Origin: Candidatus Moraniibacteriota bacterium
GTDB taxonomy: Bacteria > Patescibacteriota > Minisyncoccia > Moranbacterales > GCA-2747515
Direction: 5' to 3'
Length of the DNA: 64,000 nucleotides
Assembly (NCBI GenBank): GCA_040772365.1
Contig: JAXGYI010000003.1
Coordinates: forward strand, 7,234 to 71,233
Below, in pieces: positions 27,665-37,420 of this stretch (its first letter is position 1; each line of letters begins with the position of its first letter). The notes beneath the pieces are model-generated. The model was not told the origin of the DNA and made no database searches. It saw only the letters and a list, made by a program, of their open reading frames with translations. Position numbers and translations under genes: made by a program.

Positions 27665-29743
27665 ATGAAAAACATATTTTATACGATCATATTTCTGAGC
27701 GCTATTTTTTTGTGTAGTGCAACAGCAGAGGACGTGTGTGCCGCTGATTTACATGTGCCGCAAGGTGGCTATAGTACCATTGGTGCAGCTATTAAAGCTG
27801 CGCAGGCAGGCGATCGTGTTATAGTGGCACCGGGTATCTATCGTGAAAATATTAGTATCCGTAAAAATATTGCAGTCATTTCTACGGATGGTGCAGCGCA
27901 CACGGTTATTGATGGTGGCGGACGTGATACGGTGGTACTTTTTGCTGACACTAGATTTGATGGTACGCATTCCGCACGTCTGTCGGGCTTTACAATTCGT
28001 GGCGGTCGTAGTGGTGAGGGACGTGGTGGCGGCGTTACAATGTACAATACGGATGGCATCGTAGAGCAGTGCAATATTATAAGCAATGTATCAACTATGG
28101 ATGCCGGTGCAATCTTGATGAATGATCGTGTGAACGGTGTAGTACGCAACAATACGATTACCGGTAATACTGCTGTGCGCTTTGGAGGTGCGATTATGGT
28201 AGTTTTGAATTCCCATCCACTCATCTATGGCAATACAATTACAGATAACACAGTGAGTGGCAATGCACTGTCGAGTGGTGGTGCACTTTTTGTGGACAGC
28301 CATTCATCGCCACAAGTTGTTAACAACACCATGCGCGGAAATACTGCAGCATTTGCTGGGGGTGCAATCTCGCTGCGCGTGGGCGTGAATGCAGTGATTG
28401 ATGGCAATACGATTGACCGTAATAGTGCCGCATATGGTGGTGGGATTCACATTGAAAGTGAGGGTGGCGGCGCATTACTCCGCGATAACACTATCACAAA
28501 TAATAGTGCGCACGAGAGGGATATTTCTGTAGGCTCTGGTTATGGTGGCGGCATCTCCATCTATGATAGGTCTGTGCCAACCATTGAAAAAAATATCATT
28601 GAGTCGAATTATGCAGATCGTGGTGGTGCAGGAATTGTTATTGCTGAGCAGGCAGTAGCGACGATTGCGCATAATACAATTCGAGGAAATAGCTTGCCAC
28701 AACAGGATGGACGCGTGGGTGGTGGCATCCATGCAACACATGCGACCATGCAGGCTTATAATAACACTATCAGTGATAATACAGCATTCATCGGTGGTGG
28801 CGTGGCACTTTTAGCAGGCGTGACAGCAAGGGTAGAGCAAAACACTATTGTACGCAACACTGTGCCAACATCCACGGCAGTGAATGCGGCAAGTGGTGGT
28901 GGTATTTTTATCCAAAGCTCTGCAGCATCTGCAGTAGTGATCAATAACATCATTACGCAAAATCAAGATCACCAAATTTTTGAAGAGCATAAAAAGGGTG
29001 TACTACGCAATAATATTGTCAATGATGACAGTAAGGGGATGTATTTCAACTGGGACACCTATACACTACACACAGTAACCGACATGGACAGTAGCAGCGC
29101 TGTTAATGCAGATGGTACGGTGAGTGGCACGGAGGGTTTTACAGATAGCGATTTTCGTATTGGCGCAACATCTGTTGGTATTGATAGGGGCATGAGCTCT
29201 GACATGACGTATGATTATGATTATCGCTTGCGCAGTGGTGTGCCAGATATTGGTGCTTTTGAGTATGCGCCATCATACAGTGTAGTACATCCAGTATATC
29301 GTTTTTGGAGTGATACTTTTGGTCATCACTTCTATACACTTAATCAACAAGAGCGTAATCACATTATGGAAACGTACGCTGCGAAGCAGTGGCGGTATGA
29401 GGGCGTGGCATTTCGCGCATTTCCTCTAGCACAGTGCCAGGGAGATCGTGTGTATCGTTTTTGGAGTGACGTTTTTCGCGGACACTTTTATACCATTTCT
29501 ACACAGGAGCGTGACTATATCATGGCATCATATGCGGACAATGTGTGGCGTTATGAGGGTGAGGCGTATTGCGCACAGCGTACTTCTATCACTGGGACAA
29601 CGGCACTCTTTCGCTTTTGGAGTGCGGCGTATAGCGGACACTTCTATACCATTAGTACCGCAGAGCGTGATCAGGTTATTGCAGCATATGATGACAGTAT
29701 TTGGAACTATGAGGGTGTTGGATATCATGTGTATACGCGGTAG
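27665..29743 (+). CDS. Secreted right-handed parallel beta-helix (pectin-lyase-like) protein plus three DUF5648-like repeats
   Basis: Signal peptide; YSTIGAAI..AQAGD.V.VAPGIYRENI; repeated NTIxxN..GGG; PDIGAFEY; three YRFWS..HFYT..W.YEG repeats. Confidence 0.85.
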   Translation: MKNIFYTIIFLSAIFLCSATAEDVCAADLHVPQGGYSTIGAAIKAAQAGDRVIVAPGIYRENISIRKNIAVISTDGAAHTVIDGGGRDTVVLFADTRFDGTHSARLSGFTIRGGRSGEGRGGGVTMYNTDGIVEQCNIISNVSTMDAGAILMNDRVNGVVRNNTITGNTAVRFGGAIMVVLNSHPLIYGNTITDNTVSGNALSSGGALFVDSHSSPQVVNNTMRGNTAAFAGGAISLRVGVNAVIDGNTIDRNSAAYGGGIHIESEGGGALLRDNTITNNSAHERDISVGSGYGGGISIYDRSVPTIEKNIIESNYADRGGAGIVIAEQAVATIAHNTIRGNSLPQQDGRVGGGIHATHATMQAYNNTISDNTAFIGGGVALLAGVTARVEQNTIVRNTVPTSTAVNAASGGGIFIQSSAASAVVINNIITQNQDHQIFEEHKKGVLRNNIVNDDSKGMYFNWDTYTLHTVTDMDSSSAVNADGTVSGTEGFTDSDFRIGATSVGIDRGMSSDMTYDYDYRLRSGVPDIGAFEYAPSYSVVHPVYRFWSDTFGHHFYTLNQQERNHIMETYAAKQWRYEGVAFRAFPLAQCQGDRVYRFWSDVFRGHFYTISTQERDYIMASYADNVWRYEGEAYCAQRTSITGTTALFRFWSAAYSGHFYTISTAERDQVIAAYDDSIWNYEGVGYHVYTR

Positions 29744-29794
29744 CTATGTACAAAAGTATCTATCTAGGATAGAGTGTATGCGTAAATTAGTATC

Positions 29795-30253
29795 ATGCAA
29801 TCTATGAGGTATTTATGGATTTTAGTTGGTGGTATTGGCGCCATGATAGTTATGGGATGTAGCAGCGATCCGGTGTCTGTAACACCACAAAAAAAAGACA
29901 TCTTCGCTCCGCAAAACGCAGGGGACACTACGTCGCTTGATGCATCGCAGGATGGCGCATCGTCAGTTGTAGATCATGCAGAGCCACAGTCAGCCGCCAC
30001 CGCACCAGGGAATGATTTGTCACAATCAGATCCGGTGGAGCATGCATCGCAAGCAGTATCATCAGAACATGTATCGCCGAAAGAGCAAGGCACTTCTGCA
30101 GAGGCTACTGCAACAGCAGGGCATGCATCCGAAAAAAAAGAGACGTCTTCCGTGAGTGATGCAGACATGGAAAGGATTGCTGCAGAGGCAAAAAAATGTG
30201 TTGACGGTGGCGGCGTATACAACACATTTGCACAGAAATGCTTTCAAAACTAA
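29795..30253 (+). CDS. Putative lipoprotein with a low-complexity stalk and a C-terminal Cys pair
   Basis: Hydrophobic N-terminus ending MIVMGC; S/A/T/P-rich linker; CVDGGGVYNTFAQKC. Confidence 0.6.
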   Translation: MQSMRYLWILVGGIGAMIVMGCSSDPVSVTPQKKDIFAPQNAGDTTSLDASQDGASSVVDHAEPQSAATAPGNDLSQSDPVEHASQAVSSEHVSPKEQGTSAEATATAGHASEKKETSSVSDADMERIAAEAKKCVDGGGVYNTFAQKCFQN

Positions 30254-30263
30254 ATAGATAGTG

Positions 30264-32198
30264 CTATGGGATGTGCCATCCGATTCCCTCATAGCGCCAG
30301 ATGTGATCGGGATATGTCGCAATAACAGTATCGCGTTCAGGGGCACTCGCTGTATAGAAGTGTCCTTGTTTTGTGTCAGACCAAAAGCGGTAGACCGGCG
30401 TGGATTGCGCGAGAGGGTAGGGGTAAGCATAGTAGGCAATACCCTCATAGTTCCATATGTAGGGATCATACTGCGCAATAACGGCGTCGCGCTCTTCTTG
30501 TGAAGCTGTATAGAAATGATGTTGCTGGGCAGTACTCCAAAAGCGGTAGATCGGCGTAGTGTTTGCTTGTTGCTGCGAGAAAGCAAGAAAGGCAATTCCC
30601 TCATAGCGCCAGATGTGGTCTGGGTAGGTTGCAATGACAGCATCACGCTCAGTAATGCTTGCTGTGTAGAAATGCCCTTGTGTCGCAGCAGACCAAAAGC
30701 GGTAAATGGGTGTTGTCGCGCATGACTCTGTTGGAATGGTACCGGACTGTGCAGCGCGCAAGGCAGTGTAGAGATTTAGTCGTCTGTTGCATGCTACAGT
30801 ATTTTCTAGAGAAGCCGGATGATCACTACTTGCAAGGATGATGGCGCGTACTGCTGTGGGAGAGAGAAAGGGCTTGTGTCCGAAAATCATTGCGGCAGCA
30901 CCTGAAACAAATGCGGCGGCATAGGAGGTACCGTCGCCGGTGTAGTAGGTGTTATTTTCTATAGTGCCTACAATACTTTCACCTGGTGCAGCGATGTCTA
31001 CAGATGTACCATAATTAGAAAATGATGCCAAAGTGTCATTTTTTGTAGATGCTCCGACGCAGATGATGTTAGAGAGATCGTAATTGCATGGGTACTGCGG
31101 AGTGACATCAACATTGTCGCCAACTCTGTCATTGCCACCATTGCCTGCAGCAGTAACGACTACGCCATCAAATGTAGAAAGGGCATCATATTCTGATCTT
31201 GCATAGGATGGTCCGCCAAAACTGGCATTAAGCACCTTAATGCCGTGTGTTTTGGCAAATGCAATTGCTTGCAATTCTGATGCTAGGGTGAGGTCAAATC
31301 GTAACGCCATAATTTTGCCAGTATTATAGCGGCTCATACCGGCAAGTCCGGTAGCATTGTTCGTAATGGCGGCAAAAATACTAGCTACCATTGATCCGTG
31401 ACCATATAAGTCAGGGTGTGTGGATGTATCATAGGGATCATGGTCATCATCGGCGAAATCCCAGCCATGCTTTGGGCATGTTGCATCCATTGCGGGATTA
31501 CAGTGAGGGGCTGTCCAGAGATTTCCGTGCAACTCAGGATTGTCATGGAGGATCCCGCTATCAATAAATGCTACAGTTGTAGGTGTTGCAGAAGGGTGTT
31601 CAATATCCCACGCCTCTGTGCTATCAATATCACTATTCGTGGACTGTTGGTGGTACCACTGGTAACCCGCAATGAAATACGGATCATTTGGACTAAATGC
31701 TGGCGTCTTGATATAGTTGGGCTCGGCATAGGCTACATCGGCACTTGCAGAGAGTCGCGCAATGAGCGTCTCGGTGTTTTCCTCTTCCGCTGCAATAATG
31801 ACAATATTGAGATCAGTAAAAGAATGTCGGATTTGCAGGGCATCAGTTTTTGCGGCAGCCTTAAGAGAGGAGAGAATCTTATCACTTGCATGCGCAGTGA
31901 TGTCATGTGGAGATGCAGATATGCCAATTTCTTTGCGTGTAGCCGCGTGAAACTTCTTGATGGCAGTATCATGCATGCGTACAATAACCTCACCATCTCG
32001 ATACGGTGCTGGATGGGTAGCGTGATTGAATGGGCGCTGAGGGAGTTCTTCAGCAGCTACTGTGTGGGTATGTGGAATACATAATGCAAAAACAATAGCG
32101 GCGGTAGAAGCGCAGGAAAGTATTTGTGTCATTGCGCGCTGAAAATATGTTTTGCGGGAAAGAGTAGTGTAGATATACACTTTGTTGAAGTGGTTCAT
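30264..32198 (-). CDS. Secreted S8 subtilisin-like serine protease plus three DUF5648-like repeats (start uncertain: 32198 or 32132)
   Basis: Prodomain ending YAEPNY; triad AFIDSG, GHGSMVA, GTSYAA; AAGN; three YRFWS..HFYT..W.YEG repeats. Confidence 0.9.
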   Translation of the reverse strand: MNHFNKVYIYTTLSRKTYFQRAMTQILSCASTAAIVFALCIPHTHTVAAEELPQRPFNHATHPAPYRDGEVIVRMHDTAIKKFHAATRKEIGISASPHDITAHASDKILSSLKAAAKTDALQIRHSFTDLNIVIIAAEEENTETLIARLSASADVAYAEPNYIKTPAFSPNDPYFIAGYQWYHQQSTNSDIDSTEAWDIEHPSATPTTVAFIDSGILHDNPELHGNLWTAPHCNPAMDATCPKHGWDFADDDHDPYDTSTHPDLYGHGSMVASIFAAITNNATGLAGMSRYNTGKIMALRFDLTLASELQAIAFAKTHGIKVLNASFGGPSYARSEYDALSTFDGVVVTAAGNGGNDRVGDNVDVTPQYPCNYDLSNIICVGASTKNDTLASFSNYGTSVDIAAPGESIVGTIENNTYYTGDGTSYAAAFVSGAAAMIFGHKPFLSPTAVRAIILASSDHPASLENTVACNRRLNLYTALRAAQSGTIPTESCATTPIYRFWSAATQGHFYTASITERDAVIATYPDHIWRYEGIAFLAFSQQQANTTPIYRFWSTAQQHHFYTASQEERDAVIAQYDPYIWNYEGIAYYAYPYPLAQSTPVYRFWSDTKQGHFYTASAPERDTVIATYPDHIWRYEGIGWHIP

Positions 32199-32229
32199 GT
32201 GCCAAGGCATAGCAGGAGGTGATGTTGTG

Positions 32230-32784
32230 TTACAGACTTTCAATAAATTCTTGTTGTAGACGTGTAATGCACGTTTTTTTGATTCCACCATCATCAATTT
32301 CGTCGCAGATGGTTATATCTTTTTGTGCGATAGCACGGTCTTTGAGACAGTAGTCCTTTGGTAGTCCATTGTGTGCATCGCAATGTGTGATGGAATCACT
32401 AGAAGAAAGACCGCAGGCATTTCTGCAATAACGAAGCTCCTTTGCGTCATGTTTGTACGGCTCACATTCACGTGCACAATCTGGTGGGGTGATGTTGATA
32501 TAGGCTGTGGATGGTGATGTAGTAGCGGGAGGGACGGTATCTTGTGGCTCTTGTTCTACGATAGATTGCGGATCTAGATCGTTGTGCGTAATAGGCACAT
32601 CAGGGGTTTCTACTGGCACGTCATGTTGTGATGGTGGTGCTGTGTCTGTAGGTGGTGTGACGAAAACGTCACGGTCACGGGCGCTGAAAACAGTGATTAC
32701 AAAATAGAGCACGATAATGACAGCTATGGTGAGTGCCGTGTAGAGGATGTGTATAGGGCGTAGATTTTTTCGTAGCATAGTCAT
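32230..32784 (-). CDS. Membrane-anchored protein with a Pro/Thr stalk and a Cys-rich C-terminal domain
   Basis: One N-terminal TM helix; CARECEPY..CRNACG..C..YC..A...DITICDEI..KKTC. Confidence 0.65.
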   Translation of the reverse strand: MTMLRKNLRPIHILYTALTIAVIIVLYFVITVFSARDRDVFVTPPTDTAPPSQHDVPVETPDVPITHNDLDPQSIVEQEPQDTVPPATTSPSTAYINITPPDCARECEPYKHDAKELRYCRNACGLSSSDSITHCDAHNGLPKDYCLKDRAIAQKDITICDEIDDGGIKKTCITRLQQEFIESL

Positions 32785-32801
32785 GCAGGAATAAAGATTG
32801 A

Positions 32802-34712
32802 TTAGTATGCAGCATCGAGTGCGATATCCTTGTAGTAGTAACGCATAATGCGTGCGTAACTCCATCCATGATCGCGAGCAAGAGCAAGAGATCCGTGTGC
32901 AATAAGGCCTACCATGTGATTACCCTCAGTCTCTAGTGTAGATGTGGATTTTGTGGCGTGTTTGCCATAGGGATCTTTGACGGATTGGCACCATGGATAT
33001 AGTCTTGATCCCCAGCGCTCCTCAAAGCTGCGCGTACGACCATCACTCCAAGAGCTATATGGCGTGAGTGCTGTTTCGCCACGTGATGTCATAATGACGC
33101 CACGGGTTGCCTCTGCTGCTTTGCGGATAGTGGAATATTTCTGTTCCCAGTCATAGCCACGGTAGATTTGCGAACCGCTATCAGAGCGAATCTTGAATCC
33201 CAACGGAGCGTACTTTGTAGCATAATCTACGTACCACTTTCCGTAAGTGCGGAACATCGTTGTCATGACCTTGCTATGTTCAAATGGTCCGGTGCCGGTC
33301 ATCTCGCCCATACCCCATACGTAGTGCTCCATCGGCAAGGTATTGATTACCCAAATCTGCTTAACGCTATTTGTCGTACCGCCAATGATGTCACGTCCAC
33401 TGTAGTAGCGCACAGTGATGGATCCACGGTAATGATCGTAAGAGGACTGTGGGCGATGCACGTCAAAGATCATCGTGGCATTATCACCATCAGCAGCGTC
33501 AAAAGTGACTTTTTCATCAATAATGCGATCGCTGATGGACGAGTAAACTTTGAGACTTCCACCACCATCGTAAGTGACTTTTGTGCGCGTGCTACCACCG
33601 ATTTGCGCTATGATCGCGCCACTCTTGTCGCGGATGTTATAAGGCTTGTTAGCGTTAATTTCAAAAGGATTTTGCTGCATGGCAGAGCGGTCGTAGTGCC
33701 ACAGACCGACAGAAATGAGTGGACCAGTATTGCCGATGAGGGCGTAGTGTTTTTCTATGTCGTTGATGGTGTAGAAGTGATCGCGGGTGTTATAGAGACG
33801 ATGGACAGGTAGTGTGCCTACAGTTGGCGTGGGGTAGGCGTAGAATGCAACACCTTCATAGATATAGCCAGATGCTGTAGAACTCAATTGATCTTTTTCA
33901 TGTGTGCTGATGGTGTAAAAGTGATTACCAGTGATGGTGTGATTGAAACGATAAACAGGTTGCGCATTATTTTTTGGATCACGAAACGCATAAAATGCTG
34001 CGCCCTCATAGCGGTATGGTGTGCGGTTTTGCAAGAGAGTGCGCTTTTCATTTTCGTCAGCAGTATAGAAGTGATTCCCTGTAGTAGTATTGATGAAGCG
34101 ATAGATGGTATGATTGGCCATTTTAGTGGCGTTGTCCAGTGTCGCAGCCTCACCATCGTTAGCAGTATAGAAATGATCGCCATTAGCGTGGTTAATGAAG
34201 CGGTATACGGTGGTAGTGCCAGCCGCCTTATGTGGATAGGCATAGAAAGCAATGCCTTCTGATGCGTAGATAGTAGAGAGGTGTTGGGTAATGTAATCTT
34301 TTTCTTCTTGAGAAATGGTGTAAAAGTGGTCACCATTCGTATGATTGACGAAGCGGTAGATAGGCTGTGCATCGTGTAGATCGGAGATATAGCTATAGAA
34401 TGCAATACCTTCATAGGTGTAGATGTCTGCGTGCTGTGCAATAAGAGTATTTTTTTCGTTTTCGTCTGCAGTGTAGAAATGATCGCCGTTTGTAGTGTTG
34501 ACAAAGCGGTGGACGGGCACGGTGCCGTCTGCTTGTGCGGCAAATGCGTAAAAAGCTACTCCTTCCGCCTGATATTGCGTGCCGACGGTGTGATCAGGGT
34601 AGGCGTAGAATGCGATGCCCTCATCCGTATAGCTCGCATGTGTACTATGTTGTGGCAAGAGAATAGCACTGCCAAGGAGCGTCCATGCGATGATTAGTGC
34701 GATGTGTTTCAT
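32802..34712 (-). CDS. Secreted protein with six DUF5648-like repeats and a C-terminal SpoIID/LytB lytic transglycosylase domain
   Basis: Signal peptide ..STHA; six HFYT repeats; INTLPMEHYVWGMGEM, RTY, SQIYRG, HMVGL..G..LA...GWSY..IMRYYY. Confidence 0.85.
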   Translation of the reverse strand: MKHIALIIAWTLLGSAILLPQHSTHASYTDEGIAFYAYPDHTVGTQYQAEGVAFYAFAAQADGTVPVHRFVNTTNGDHFYTADENEKNTLIAQHADIYTYEGIAFYSYISDLHDAQPIYRFVNHTNGDHFYTISQEEKDYITQHLSTIYASEGIAFYAYPHKAAGTTTVYRFINHANGDHFYTANDGEAATLDNATKMANHTIYRFINTTTGNHFYTADENEKRTLLQNRTPYRYEGAAFYAFRDPKNNAQPVYRFNHTITGNHFYTISTHEKDQLSSTASGYIYEGVAFYAYPTPTVGTLPVHRLYNTRDHFYTINDIEKHYALIGNTGPLISVGLWHYDRSAMQQNPFEINANKPYNIRDKSGAIIAQIGGSTRTKVTYDGGGSLKVYSSISDRIIDEKVTFDAADGDNATMIFDVHRPQSSYDHYRGSITVRYYSGRDIIGGTTNSVKQIWVINTLPMEHYVWGMGEMTGTGPFEHSKVMTTMFRTYGKWYVDYATKYAPLGFKIRSDSGSQIYRGYDWEQKYSTIRKAAEATRGVIMTSRGETALTPYSSWSDGRTRSFEERWGSRLYPWCQSVKDPYGKHATKSTSTLETEGNHMVGLIAHGSLALARDHGWSYARIMRYYYKDIALDAAY

Positions 34713-34720
34713 AGACCTTC

Positions 34721-34729
34721 ATTATACCA
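34721..34729 (-). promoter_or_regulatory. Extended -10 promoter, probably giving a leaderless or very short-leader transcript
   Basis: Minus strand TGGTATAAT lies 8 nt upstream of ATG 34712. Confidence 0.55.
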
Positions 34730-34814
34730 TAATGTGAGGATTTGTGTGTGTGAAGAAAAGGAGTATACTGAAAGACATTGCTATGTAGGATAACATATTG
34801 TCAGATCTACTACT

Positions 34815-36167
34815 ATGAAAATTGGCGTTATTGGAATTGGTTTTGTGGGACTACCACTTGCTGCAGCGTTTGCAGAAATGGGTAATTATGTGCACTGTTT
34901 GGATGTGGACAAGAAAAAAATTGACCGCTTACGCAAGGGGCAGGTACCGATCAATGAACCGGGGTTGGATGATCTTGTGGCGTCGGGACTGGAGCGAAAA
35001 TTATTGCACTTTACAACAGATTATGATGACGTGATTAACGACAGCGAGATTGTGTTTATCGCCGTGGGGACACCGCCGGGTGCTGATGGCAGTGCAGACT
35101 TGCAGTATGTAGAAAGCGTGGCGCGCGAGATTGGGCGGCGGATTACAGCGCCGCTGATTGTGGCAGACAAATCCACCGTGCCAGTCGGCACAGCTGATCG
35201 CGTGAGAAATATCATTCGTGAAGAGTTACGTAAGCGCAAAAAGCGTATCACTTTTCACGTGGTGAGCAACCCAGAGTTTATGGCGGAGGGGCGCGCAGTG
35301 AAGGACATGATGGAACCGAGCCGCGTGATTGTGGGCACAAGTAATGCAGCGGTAGCAAAGAAAATGTATGCACTCTACAAGCCATTTATGATGCGACAGG
35401 ATCGATTTTATGTGATGGGCGTGCGTGACGCAGAGCTTACAAAATATACTGGCAATACTAACCTTGCGATGAAGGTATCGTTCATCAATGCCATTGCGGG
35501 ATTGGCAGATGTGTTGGGTGCAGATGTGAAGCATATTGCAGAGGGCATTGGCAGTGATCCGCGTATCGGCGATCAATTTTTACATGCCAGCTGTGGCTAT
35601 GGAGGAAGTTGCTTTCCAAAGGACGTGAAGGCGTTGGTGCGCTTTGCAGAGGAACATCATTTACCGGAAGAATACCTTCGTCTTTTTCGTGCGATTGAGG
35701 ACGTGAATGCATTTCAAAAAAAGTTAGTGGCGCGAAAAGTGTTGGCGCATTTTAAAAATGATATTCAGGGAAAGGTGTTTGCACTATGGGGCTTGGCATT
35801 TAAGGCAAATACCAATGATATGCGCGAGTCTGCAGCAATCACGATTGTCAATGAATTAACAGCACATGGCGCAAAAATACGTGCCTATGATCCGATGGCG
35901 ATAGATGAGGCGCGACACGTCTACCTCAAAGACAATCGTGGTGTGACATATGAAGATGCGGATAAGTACGCCGTATTACGCGGTGTCGATGCGCTGATCG
36001 TTGCAACAGAAACCAAAGAGTATCGTACTATTGATATGACACGTGTAAAAAAACTTCTCAAAAATCCCGTGATTTTTGATGGGCGTAATCTCTATGATCC
36101 TGCAGAAATGAAGACAGCGGGATTTACCTATTACGGTATTGGTCGCGGATTACGTGCGGGATTTTAA
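34815..36167 (+). CDS. ugd: UDP-glucose 6-dehydrogenase
   Basis: IGIGFVGL, IAVGTP, KSTVPVGT, SNPEF, GYGGSCFPKD, GLAFK, DGRN. Confidence 0.95.
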   Translation: MKIGVIGIGFVGLPLAAAFAEMGNYVHCLDVDKKKIDRLRKGQVPINEPGLDDLVASGLERKLLHFTTDYDDVINDSEIVFIAVGTPPGADGSADLQYVESVAREIGRRITAPLIVADKSTVPVGTADRVRNIIREELRKRKKRITFHVVSNPEFMAEGRAVKDMMEPSRVIVGTSNAAVAKKMYALYKPFMMRQDRFYVMGVRDAELTKYTGNTNLAMKVSFINAIAGLADVLGADVKHIAEGIGSDPRIGDQFLHASCGYGGSCFPKDVKALVRFAEEHHLPEEYLRLFRAIEDVNAFQKKLVARKVLAHFKNDIQGKVFALWGLAFKANTNDMRESAAITIVNELTAHGAKIRAYDPMAIDEARHVYLKDNRGVTYEDADKYAVLRGVDALIVATETKEYRTIDMTRVKKLLKNPVIFDGRNLYDPAEMKTAGFTYYGIGRGLRAGF

Positions 36168-36310
36168 TGCTGCCACTATGCTGGCTACAGTGAGGGTGGC
36201 TGTGCGACAGTGTGTGTTGTGTAGGAAAGGTGTGGAGTATTGTGAACGCTGGTGCTCCATGGTACCATAAAAATAGCAGAGACATACGTATTTAATTTTT
36301 TCATGTATTT

Positions 36311-37258
36311 ATGGACAAGCAAGAACAGAGCATCGACATCTCCGTTGTTGTGCCAGTATATAATGAAGAGGGGAATGTGCAGGAGTTGCATCGGCGTATT
36401 ATTGCGGCATGTCAGAAAATCGGCAAGTCGTACGAGGTGATTTTTGTGGATGACGGATCACGTGATGGCACGGTAGCGGCCTGTGCAAAGCTTTCTCCGC
36501 TGACTTTGGTACGCTTGCGCAAGAATTTTGGGCAGACGGCGGCATTTGACGCAGGATTTAAAGCAGCGCGCGGTACGGTCATTATCACAATGGATGGAGA
36601 TTTGCAAAATGATCCGTCAGATATTGAATTGCTTCTTGCAAAGATGCGTGAGGGGTATGATGTTGTATCGGGATGGCGCTATGAGCGTAAGGATTCACTG
36701 AGTAAGAGGATTTTTTCACGCACGGCGGATAAACTGCGCAAAATCTTGCTCCATGATTCTATTCATGATTCTGGCTGTAGCTTGAAGGCATACAATGCAC
36801 AAGCACTGAAGAGCATTGATCTCTTTGGGGAAATGCATCGCTTTATCCCAGCGCTACTGGAATTGGATGGCTATCGTGTTGGTGAAGTGAAGGTAACGCA
36901 CCATCCACGTGTACATGGTGTGACAAAGTATAATTGGAAGCGGTCGGTGAAGGGCTTTGTGGATATGGTGTCGCTGTGGTTTTGGGGACGATATGCATCG
37001 CGCCCAATTCATTTTTTTGGTGCTATAGGGATGAGTTTTATGTTTCTAGGCACTGTGATTCTCGGGTGGATGGCTGTAGAAAAAATCTTGCTTCACGCGT
37101 CGATCGCAGAACGAATCTGGCCATTAATGGGCGTGTTTCTTGTTGTGCTCGGTGTGCAGTTTTTTGTTTTTGGATTGTTAACAGATATTATGATGAAAAC
37201 CTACTACACATCGCGTAAGCGTATGAACTATGCGGTACAGTCTACTGTGCGACAGTAA
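36311..37258 (+). CDS. Polyprenol-phosphate glycosyltransferase (GT2, ArnC/GtrB-like)
   Basis: VVPVYNEE, DDGSRD, NFGQTAA, MDGDLQND, GEMHRFIP; two C-terminal TM helices. Confidence 0.92.
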   Translation: MDKQEQSIDISVVVPVYNEEGNVQELHRRIIAACQKIGKSYEVIFVDDGSRDGTVAACAKLSPLTLVRLRKNFGQTAAFDAGFKAARGTVIITMDGDLQNDPSDIELLLAKMREGYDVVSGWRYERKDSLSKRIFSRTADKLRKILLHDSIHDSGCSLKAYNAQALKSIDLFGEMHRFIPALLELDGYRVGEVKVTHHPRVHGVTKYNWKRSVKGFVDMVSLWFWGRYASRPIHFFGAIGMSFMFLGTVILGWMAVEKILLHASIAERIWPLMGVFLVVLGVQFFVFGLLTDIMMKTYYTSRKRMNYAVQSTVRQ

Positions 37259-37420
37259 ATCTTTTTTGGGCAGAAGGGGGGTGTGATACAATACAAGATG
37301 AAAGCGTGGAGTGTAGTACTGCATTGGCGGGTAGGTAAAATAATGCAAGGAAAGCGTGATGGGGCTTTCAGAAGCTGGAGGAATGTATTCTGTGGGCGGA
37401 AAAAATTGTACTGATGTCGT

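Noticed and set aside
24650-34640. CRISPR-like periodic repeats
   Set aside because: The periodicity comes from degenerate protein-coding repeats; no fixed repeat with unique spacers and no cas genes
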